From Folioceros fuciformis (Eukaryota), in assembly GCA_049999805.1 (NCBI GenBank), contig JBNGIO010005937.1, forward strand, positions 86,683 to 125,234: a DNA stretch of 38,552 nucleotides, given 5' to 3'. The notes beneath the pieces are model-generated. The model saw nothing but the letters and a program-made list of their open reading frames with translations, had not been told where the DNA came from and searched no databases. This document shows positions 23,185 through 32,339 of the stretch, one piece after another. How positions within the stretch are numbered: position 1 is the first letter of the stretch; each line of letters begins with the position of its first letter. A program made the translations under genes and the position numbers.

Positions 23185-25788
23185 TCACCCTGGGTGCAGC
23201 ATCAGCTGTAGCTGGGATATCAATCGATTTCCAGCAACTTGGTCTCCCCATCCCGCACTCAGCTCCAGCATCTCGGAAACCCTCCACGTTTCCACTTCAA
23301 TGCCCTGCCTGCACATCCTGTCCATCACGACTAGGGCCTCCTCGCACTCCCCTATTCTGACATAGCCCTCCAGCACCTCACCCCATGCACCTGCATCTCG
23401 GGTGCCGGTTCTCTCCAACAGCTGTCGGGCTTCCTCCACGCTTCCATATGCGGCTGACATGGTGATGGCGGCATTCGTTACGCTCCTGTCTTCCTCCAGG
23501 CCCATCTTGCTCATGTACGCCAGCAGCTTCCTCCCCTTCTTCACATCCCCCAATTCGCCACACAAGTTGAGGAGAGCGATCAAAGTGGGCTTATCCATCT
23601 CCAAGCCCCTGTCCTGCATCTCGCCCGCCAGGTCTAGAGCCTTGCTCTTGTCATCAGGCTGTTCCATGCAACTGGCTAGCAGGGCAGTGTAGCAGCTCTG
23701 CCGCTTGTACCTCATCTTTGCAAATACGGCCAGGGCGTGCTTCACGTGCCCACAGTTAAGGTACATGTGCACCAGAGCATGTTCTAACTCAGAAGTCGGT
23801 TCCAGCCGGCTCTTACGGAACTCTTCGTGGGTTTGCCTGCCCTGCTGGACATCCTTCAGTCTTGCACACAGCTTCAAGATACAAACGAAGATGCCAACGT
23901 CTGGCTTGATGGATTCCTCTTGCATTTGTTTCAAAGCATCAAATGCTTCCCTGCCCTCCTCTTGGTCAGCATATCCAACAATCAGTGCTCCCCATGCCAC
24001 CACATCCCGACTCCCCAACCGCTCGAACGCTGCTCTTGCTTCCGTCATGCTTCCGCACTTTGAATACATGTCCACCAACGCGCTTGCCACAAACATGTCC
24101 GTTTCCCACCCACGTCGCCTGACTTCATCATGAACTTCTCTTCCTGCTCCCAGCGCTGCCAGATGTGCACATGCTGTCAGGGTGCTCACCATCGTCACTT
24201 GGTCTGGCGCTGTGCGCTCCTGCACCATGCACCTGTAAAGCCACACAGCCTCGTCATTCCGCTTGTGCTGGACATGTGCTGCAATCATGGCATTCCAAAC
24301 TGCAACATCCCGCTGCTTCATCTTGTCGAAAACTAAAACTGCGTCATCTACACATCCACAGCTAGCATACATCTCTATGAGACTGGTACCCAGGTACGTG
24401 TCTATTTCGTATTCCCTTCTATTCACCTCTGCGTGAATCTGCCTGCCCTGGTCCACTGCATCAAGGATGGCACATGCCTTCAACCCAGTAACCAGCGCCA
24501 CCTTGTCTGGCCTTACGCCTTTCTGCTGCATCTGCCAGAACAGGGTTAATGCTTGCACTCCATGTTCATTCTGGCAATACCCAGAAATCATTGCTGTCCA
24601 TGCAACCACATCACGTTCCTTCACCTGCTCGAACACCGTCTGTGCATCCTCTATGCTTGAACACTTGCCATACATGTCAACAAGCGAACTCGCAACATGA
24701 ACATTGCAACCAAACCCACGATCCACTACCTCCGCGTGGATCTGCCTCCCTCTCTCCATGGCACCTAGTCTTCCGCAAGCTGTGATGACACTTGAATATG
24801 TGAATGCGTCTGGCAGTACCATCTTCAACCGCATCTCTTCCAACAAGTCCAGTGCAGCGGCATCTTGCCCATTTTCCGTGTACCCTGCAATCATCAAGTT
24901 CCATCCCAGAAGTGTAGGAGCAGACATGCTCTCAAACACAAGGCGGGCATCATCCATGCCACCACATCTTGCAAACAGCTGAATGCTGCTGCTGGCGACA
25001 GCCACATGAGCATCTAAACCACACCTGGAAATGTCACCCCAGATGCACCTGCCACGCTCCAACTCTTCCAAACTGGCACAAGCCTTGAGCACCCCCAGGA
25101 AAGTACACTCGTTTGGCTCCACTCCTGCAGACACCATATCGTCATACAAGCTGACAGCCTCCTCACCCCGTCCATGATCAGCGTTGCCTTGTATAATCAC
25201 GTTCCAGGAAAACACGTCCCTCTCAGACAGCCCGTCGAACACTTGCCTGGCATCACAGAGGCAGCCGCACTCTGCATACATGCGCACAAGGGATTTGTTA
25301 AGAAACACGTTGGACTGATACCCCGACTTAATCAGGTGAAGATGCACACTCCTGCCATCTGATGCTCGTTTCAGTCTTGTACACCCTTGTAGCAGACAGT
25401 CATACATCTTGATGGAAGGCCGCACTCCTTGCTGCTGCAGCTGTTCCACCCGATCAAGCGCCTCCTGCAAACGCCCTTCCAGGCAAAGCCCGCGCAAAAC
25501 CTCGATATCCAAGGACACTCCAGGACCCTCACTCCCGCTCGCCTTCTCACCGCCACCATTCGCAGGCCCCATGGTATCCCGCCTTGCATATCCGCCGGAC
25601 GACTTTACTCCATTCCTAGGTGAACGTTTCAGGAGACGAACACCAATGAACTGATAGGAAGGAATATTCAGCACACAAGAACAACAAGTGGGTCCTAAGC
25701 GGTGCCATCCATCGGAATCCCCCCTGGGCCTGCTTACAGCTGCCGAATAGGGAAGCCCGAATCTTCCTGTCGTTGCTGTGCCTTCCAT
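23185..25788 (-). CDS. PLS-class pentatricopeptide repeat protein without a recognisable E/DYW domain, single exon
   Basis: Repeated P-L-S triplets (SLVDMYGKCSSIEDAQTVFEQV..DVVAWTAMISGY..GVRPDKV); the start could be 25788 or a downstream Met (25572). Confidence 0.93.
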   Translation of the reverse strand: MEGTATTGRFGLPYSAAVSRPRGDSDGWHRLGPTCCSCVLNIPSYQFIGVRLLKRSPRNGVKSSGGYARRDTMGPANGGGEKASGSEGPGVSLDIEVLRGLCLEGRLQEALDRVEQLQQQGVRPSIKMYDCLLQGCTRLKRASDGRSVHLHLIKSGYQSNVFLNKSLVRMYAECGCLCDARQVFDGLSERDVFSWNVIIQGNADHGRGEEAVSLYDDMVSAGVEPNECTFLGVLKACASLEELERGRCIWGDISRCGLDAHVAVASSSIQLFARCGGMDDARLVFESMSAPTLLGWNLMIAGYTENGQDAAALDLLEEMRLKMVLPDAFTYSSVITACGRLGAMERGRQIHAEVVDRGFGCNVHVASSLVDMYGKCSSIEDAQTVFEQVKERDVVAWTAMISGYCQNEHGVQALTLFWQMQQKGVRPDKVALVTGLKACAILDAVDQGRQIHAEVNRREYEIDTYLGTSLIEMYASCGCVDDAVLVFDKMKQRDVAVWNAMIAAHVQHKRNDEAVWLYRCMVQERTAPDQVTMVSTLTACAHLAALGAGREVHDEVRRRGWETDMFVASALVDMYSKCGSMTEARAAFERLGSRDVVAWGALIVGYADQEEGREAFDALKQMQEESIKPDVGIFVCILKLCARLKDVQQGRQTHEEFRKSRLEPTSELEHALVHMYLNCGHVKHALAVFAKMRYKRQSCYTALLASCMEQPDDKSKALDLAGEMQDRGLEMDKPTLIALLNLCGELGDVKKGRKLLAYMSKMGLEEDRSVTNAAITMSAAYGSVEEARQLLERTGTRDAGAWGEVLEGYVRIGECEEALVVMDRMCRQGIEVETWRVSEMLELSAGWGDQVAGNRLISQLQLMLHPG

Positions 25789-25953
25789 TCGGCATCCGCT
25801 CTCTGAATGCCATCACACCTTACCTCCGTCTACGAGATGACGAGGCTCCAGCATTTGCAGGAGCGAGAGCTGGGACGTTCTTGATCTCTTGTTCTTTCCA
25901 GTAGGGCGTGATGTGGAAGCCACTTAAACCCTATCAAAGTTTTATTGAGCTTT

Positions 25954-26959
25954 TCACAGAAAGAAGGGAACAAGTGCTGCCCGGTGGCGTGGGTATTCTT
26001 TGAATTCCTGACGGTACCATTGATGGGTCTCTAGCGCAATAACGGAAAGGTTACCAACGACCCAGGCCAAAAGGAGCCAGATGATGGCGTCCCGGCCGCC
26101 GCTTACGATCAGCAAACCCACGTAGATAACAATCTCAGCCAAGTAATGCGGGGATGACACAAGCTGGAACCAGTCTCCTCTGGGGATGCCGTAGCTGCTG
26201 CTGTCGTCTTTCCGGCGGAGGGAAGCCAGTATCACGTGGCAACGGTACTGATGCAGGAACCCCCAGACACACACTCCAGCCCCAACCCACTGCCACCAGC
26301 TCACACTCCGCCACAGCAGCAGCAGCACGTCGGGGCCGTTCTTGGGCGAACTCAGGCGAGCCCAATTCTGCTGCAGCTTCTGCTTCCAGAAGCTGCCTCC
26401 CACGGACACGAGTGAGAGCGGGACCGCCACGTAGTAGGTGATGCCCACGAGGTAGGCCACAAGGTGCATACGCGCCAAGGGACTGTACCTGGAAACGAAC
26501 ACAGACTCGTACAGCCTTCTCAGCGCATGCGCCTCCATGAGCAGCATAAGCAGCAGCACGGTGGCTGTCTCCTTGTCCGGGCCCTCGACGCTGGCGCTGG
26601 CTGCGGCCAGGAGGAGGAGGGCGGTGGAAGTGACCACGGCTGTGGCGTAGAAGTGCGTGAATAATTGCTGGGGCACCGTCCACGCCAAAGCCGGAGCCCG
26701 AGCCGCAGTGGAGGTGGACTTGATCAGCTTGCCTCGCCGGCTCCACTTCCGAATAGTTTGTTGCAGGGGCGAGAAATACGGCGGCAACGGCAGGATTGCA
26801 AGGCTGCACAGGGCCACGGCNNNNNNNNNNNNNNNNNNNNNNNNNNNNNNNNNNNNNNNNNNNNNNNNNNNNNNNNNNNNNNNNNNNNNNNNNNNNNNNN
26901 NNNNNNNNNNNNNNNNNNNNCAACCAGTACGTCCAAAGAATTAGCCGCAAAAACTCCAT
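25954..26959 (-). CDS. PPRD: Polyprenol reductase (SRD5A3/steroid 5-alpha-reductase family), interrupted by an assembly gap
   Basis: MEFLRLILWTYWL before the gap; after it VPQQLFTHFY, HALRRLYES, MHLVAYLVG, QYRCHVILASLR, IPRGDWFQLVSSPHYLAEIVIY, THQWY..F..YP..R.AL.PF. Confidence 0.92.
26821..26920. other. Assembly gap (100 N)
   Basis: Run of N. Confidence 1.
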
Positions 26960-27360
26960 GCTTGCTTCGCTCCAAGGCGGCTGCTGACAGCAGCGGCAGC
27001 AGGTATGCTTTGTTCCTGTGCTTTCCTCAGGCTTTGTTTCTGTGCTCCCAACAGATATGCTCTCCTCAGCGTAATGACTTCCCGTGCATGAAAGTAAGTT
27101 TCTTCTCCGCGTCCCTTTCATGCTTTGTTGAGAAACTGAATGCCCACAGTAAACAGCTGTGGCTATTTACGTCCTCCAAATCTGAGATTCACATCAGGGT
27201 TGGGTTCTATTGTCCCTCCCATTTCCATCCTTTGCTAGCAACCTAATGATCACTAATTGTCCATCCTCAAGGTCACCAACGCCACAATGGATTTGCTAGC
27301 TGTTCTTGGAGCGATCTACGCCCTGCGGGTGGACCCGTTTCTCGCGTGGCCGTCTGCGTT

Positions 27361-27645
27361 TCCACTCTTTGGGCGGATTCCTACTACTCTTGGCGGATTC
27401 CTACTACTCTTGGCGGATTCCCTCTACTCGTGGCGGATTTCCCTCTACTAGTGGCGGATTCCCTTTACTCTTGGCGGGTTCCCTCTACTTTTGGCGGATC
27501 CCCTCTACTCGTGGCGGATTCCCTCTACTCTTGGCGGATTCCCTCTACACTTGGCCGATTCCCTCTACTCTTGGCGGATTCCCTCTTCTATTGGAGAGCT
27601 CCGTCTACTTGTGGGACGTTCCCTCTACTCTTGGCGGATTCCCTT
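27361..27645. repeat. Minisatellite, ~14 copies of 20-bp ttggcggattccctctactc
   Basis: Head-to-tail units with no spacers, visible directly. Confidence 0.95.
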
Positions 27646-28022
27646 CCCATTTTGCTTGCAGCCTCAATTCCGAAGTTACGAATCCACCTACCTTGTCAAC
27701 ATCTAGAGGTTTTCTTTCCAAGGATTGGAGAAAGCACAGCTACTCACCACTGGCACCACAACCCACAGGTTGAGTCACAAGACGTAATATTACAGGATGG
27801 AGGAGGAATTCAAGGTCTTGCTAAGCATGTTAAAAACATGAACCGGGAACCATTTGCCCAGTTTTGAGAGAGGCAGGGCAGCAAACAGACACCCACATAC
27901 ATACATCCTGTAGTTCTGCTGATGTCCCACCACTCCATATCTGCCATGTCCAGCCAGACAGCCTGCGTTGATGCTCGAATGGGCAAAAGCGTTGTCGTGC
28001 AGCAGGTGCGCTCCCAGCTACT

Positions 28023-29842
28023 TCACTCAGATGCATGTTTCACAATGGGGCCTAGACCAAGGCACACTCCGTGGTTTGCACCTGCGGCCACAGCGATGGC
28101 ACTGCGGTGAATGCCCTCGCTTCTCTGCCTAGTGTTTCGCAGACTAAACCCCACCGGCTCAGCTTGGATGTCGGGAAGCCCAGGGACTCCTACTTGCCAG
28201 TCCCGATTCTTACCCCAAGAAAACAATTCTCCCGACTCTGCGGAAAATACACAGCAAACCAGCGCAGAGCAGGAGAGTGCGACGTGAATTGAGCGATACG
28301 GTGAAGTGGGCTGGAGGAACAAGACAAGCCGTGCGTCCAGACAGTCACCTGTAACCGCTACAGTCCACTGGCCACCGCAGGCTACGTGGACTACACGCTT
28401 GTCTGCTAGCGCTTGGACGGCAGTGGGCACTTTACCCACGTGAAGTGAGGCGTGCCCAAGCTGACCATGTCCACCATGCCCCCAGGTGAAGACTCTACCG
28501 TCCGCTGACAGATGAAGAAAAGAGATCAGATATCAAACGCACAAACCCTAGCCTAACGTTGACGAATGGAAGGACCATACCTGCTAGCGCAGCAGTGTGA
28601 TATCCCCCACAAGCGACTTGTCGGATCTCGACATTGTCTAGGTGAGCTACAGGCCGAGGTCTCCAGTGACTCCTCTTATCGCCAGTCCCAAGCTCATAGT
28701 TGCTATTTCCTGAAAAAAAACAAAGGCCAAGATCAAAACCTGCTCCACGCAAGCATATGATGTGAGGCGAGGCTCATTCCAGCAGGCAGCACCTCACCTC
28801 CCCAAGACCAAACTTGTCCTTCCCCGGTTAGAGCCATGGTGAAGAAGCCCCCGCAAGCAACAGCACGAACCGGTACAGGCAGTGACTCCACCCTTGTGGG
28901 TGTTGCCACACAACCGTCAAACAAATCGAAGCCTAGGCCTAGTCTGCCTTCCCCCTCATCTCGACCCCATGTGTACAGCTCTCCTGCTCAGAAAAATAGA
29001 ATTGTGAAACACTTTGCATCATGTGCGACATGAATTGGATGCTGGGCTTGGGCCCAAACATGCTCGTACCAGCCTGGGTGATAGCTGCAGTGTGGGATCC
29101 TCCAGCTGCTACGTGCACCGGTTTATCTGCCCATTCCTGCTTCACTTCACGTGGGAGCACTTCCTTTGTATACACGCCGTGACCCAAAGCTCCAAATCCT
29201 CCGAAACCCCTACACAGTCTTCAAGCAAAGACTTCATGAGCGTGACGCATGGCGAATACACGGGGACGGGGCACGTGAAAACAGCACAGCAATAGATGAT
29301 CACCATGTGTAGACAGATCCATTCTCCAGCAATGCTACCGAGTGCAACCCTCCCAGTGCCAAGCTCTTCACCCCGTCCAGGTGAGGATTCAAAGTGGGCA
29401 TATAGAAGGACACCTCGGAGCCTACACCTAATCGTCCTCCATCCCCTCTTCCCCACATCCACAGCTGCCCACCAGCCCAATATCCTGAATGGAAAAGCCC
29501 GCAAGCAATTCCTACGGCAACATCGGAGTGACGAGCCTCCTCCTCCTCCTCCGCCCCGCTTCCAGACTGCCACAAGACACCTTGCATGGGGGCCAGCCTT
29601 GAAGCCCCTCTAACAGGCAGACTCGTAACAAAGCACGGGGACCGCTGAGACTCCTCATTCCCGAGCCCCAGCTGCCCGGCATCTCCCCTTCCCCACGCCC
29701 ACACCTCCAAAACCCTAGTCCGCTCCTCCTCCAATGTGGCCAAATCCGCTGCCTGTGCGGACAAGCACCGAGCTGCGCAAACACCTAGATTTGCCTTCGA
29801 TATCCTGCTCGCCAGATGCGCGAACCTGCCCCTGGCGATCAT
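28023..29842 (-). CDS. RUG3: RCC1-repeat protein, RUG3-like (mitochondrial intron splicing factor), multi-exon
   Basis: Arg/Ala-rich presequence-like N-terminus; WGRGDAGQLG, GIACGLFHS..LWMWGRGDGGRLG..PTLNP..LALGGLHSVAL resemble the recalled Arabidopsis RUG3 sequence; further RCC1 blades (AAGGSHT, ACGGFFT, ACGGYHT, AAGANHG). Confidence 0.8.
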
Positions 29843-30290
29843 CCTTCCTCCACAGTCTAGAGTACAGCCGGTGATGTCATCCGCTTGCAAGAGCGAGGAG
29901 CGAGTGGAGCACTCCGTGTGGCGGCCGGGCCCATCTCCTGCATACACACGGTGTGGAGGCCGGCAACACCGCACTGTTGTTGGCCGCTCCGTCGCGTATC
30001 GTGACCACGGGCGTTTCCACACAGTGCCGGCTCTAAGGCCTCGCCTCACGCGCTTTCACATGAACCAGGCGGAACAGCACGTCTTCCCAGACGCCAGTTT
30101 CCAGCCCATCCAGACTCTGATCAACCGTCGTGTGCAACAGCAGCGGTCAGGTTGTTATAGCCCAATAGCGTACGTCCGGCCATGGGCCTCGGTTTTGGAG
30201 GTATGCCTTTGTCCGGTAGTGGCTCGCCGGAACCTGAGCCGGACGCGAGGTCAGATCCGGCAAAGCTACACATTCCTTTCGCGGCCTGCA

Positions 30291-30296
30291 TATAAG
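30291..30296 (+). promoter_or_regulatory. Candidate TATA box in the divergent RUG3-like/orphan intergenic region
   Basis: tataag ~200 bp upstream of ATG 30489, followed by a pyrimidine-rich leader. Confidence 0.35.
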
Positions 30297-30488
30297 TCCA
30301 GCCAGTGTTCTATCTCCTTCACGGCAGGGATTGACGGGCGGGCGGTGAAGTGTTGCTGTGGTGGAGAGGGGGTGGAGTTCATTCTTTCCTTTTCTCATCT
30401 GCCCTGCTCTGCTTTGCCCTGCCCTGCCCTGACCTGCTCCCGCCCCGCCCCGACCTGCTCCCGCCCCTCCCCGTACTATCCTGCCCTC

Positions 30489-31558
30489 ATGGCGCATCAG
30501 GGGAGCAGCGGCGCTCCTGGCGGGCTTGACGAGCAGCAGAAGCAAGGCATCCCCGACGACATGAGCCTAGAGCTATTCCACTTCCCGGACGACCAGAGCG
30601 GGCAAGGGCAAGCCAATGCGACCTCCAACCGCAGGCCGACCAAGCTGGGCCTGGACCTGAGCTTCAAGCAAATGGCCCCCGCCCAGGACATGGGCCAGAA
30701 GGACACGGGGGTGGGGGCAGCTAAGGGCTCCAAGAAGTACCGGCTATCAGACAGCGCCGTCTTCTCCATCGTGGACTCCAAAACGCGCGACATATACGGA
30801 GAAGAGGCGCTGGAGAAGCTGGCCAAGGCGGAGGTAGACGACGCTTCCCTCACCTTCACGCCGGACAACACGCCCAACCCGTTCGAGATGGAGAGCGTGC
30901 CCCTGTTCAAGCCCCTGCCTCCCAAGGCGGAGCGAGACGAGGCGCTGCCGTTGCTCCCGGAGCAGCACACGCCCAGCCCGAGATCCCCCAGTCCCAACAG
31001 CCCGTCTCCCAGGCCTCAATCTCCAGCTCACAACTGGGCCCCGAAGTCGCCGCCATGGCAGCCCCAGTCCCCGCAGCCGGCTCAGTGGAGAGCCAAGTCG
31101 CCCGAGCCGCTGGAGTTCGGGCCCAGATCGCCCAACTACGGCGCGCAGAAGCGGGGAGAGATGGGGAGCATGGAGGCGGAACTCAGGAGTCCCAGAGACA
31201 GCCGCAAGAAGACTCCCACGCCCGGCAAGCCGGCTACAGCGTCCGGGCAGGGAGACGCGGACTCGGATGATGCAGCTCTAGGAACTTCCAGACCGGGCTC
31301 TCTGGGCTCGGAGCTCAACATCGCCATCCCTCCCCGGCATCTCCGTCACAAGCAGGGAGACAAGGGAGGAGGAAGCGGGAACGAAAACGCCAACGGTAAC
31401 GGAAAGGGCAACGGCAACAAGACAACGGAGTTGAGAGTGCCATCCACACCATCCCCGACGCCGCCAAAAAAAAACGTCAAAATTCCAGCCAGGCTCACCC
31501 CAAAAAAAACGCCCTGCTTAAGATCCGACAGCGATTCTGCTGTTCCGATCACTCGTAG
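30489..31558 (+). CDS. Uncharacterised Ser/Pro-rich disordered protein; 3' end uncertain (31558 if shifted at the A8 run, 31934 as assembled)
   Basis: Strong GC3 codon bias from ATG 30489 (MAHQGSSG) to ~31500 and many SP/TP motifs; no known domain recognised. Confidence 0.65.
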
Positions 31559-32339
31559 TCTTGCGGCTTGCTTGTTTCGCCTTCACTGCTTTCGCCGGCA
31601 CATTAATATTTCTTCCACCGTCTTCAACTACCTGCTCGGTTGCCTCATCCAAAGCCAAAGACGAGCAGCTTCCGCTCTCGCTTCCATGTGTGGCTGGATG
31701 CTCCCATTTTTTCTCTTGCATGTATCTGGTTTTCAGATTTTCATGATAAACCCTATGCCTGTCATTTTTTTCCCTTTGCTTCCGAAACCCTATTCTTGCA
31801 ATTACGCACATACAGATGCGCGTGCTGTTTATCCATGTTCGCGACGCAGTACATATGCATGTAGCGGTACATATGAAGATACCGTCCGACTTATTAGCGG
31901 ACGCGCTTCGAACGAGGCCCGCAAGTTCGTGTGACCCCCCGTGTTTTTACTTGCCAAATCGGGCACTCCAGCTCCTCAGCTGCACCTTGCACCCGTACCC
32001 GCACGTTGCGTATGCGTGAGGAACCAATCCACTGATTTTGAGCATGATTGGTCTTCCCTCGGCCTCTATCATCTGGATAGGGAAGGATGCTTGCCGGAGC
32101 TATGATGTTGCAATTTGTGAGGTGTCCAAGTACGAGCTCTCAGTTCAGCTCTGCTTATGAAGATTGGCGGCTCGGTCCGCGTGGCAGACTAGGGTTACAG
32201 TGTGCAACAACAATCTTTGCAAAATAGATAGTCCACCAGGTGTGTTGGAAGCATCGTCCGTCAACGTAGGCGAGCTGTTTTGGTTGGTCTATGTTCGTTA
32301 TAATGCTAGCGCGCTGGCTAGATTTGTCAAAGGAAGGGG

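Noticed and set aside
27361-27645. Possible CRISPR array or coding repeat ORFs (27306-27773, 27346-27867)
   Set aside because: Units are contiguous with no unique spacers, there are no cas genes, and the context is eukaryotic; the ORFs arise from a stop-free 20-bp unit
23185-29842. PPR plus RUG3-like as an organellar RNA-processing cluster
   Set aside because: PPR genes are very numerous, so proximity is uninformative
29736-30488. N-terminal 250 aa of the 732-aa ORF
   Set aside because: Starts at a non-ATG codon, overlaps the RUG3-like gene antisense and its promoter, and lacks coding bias; the likely start is 30489
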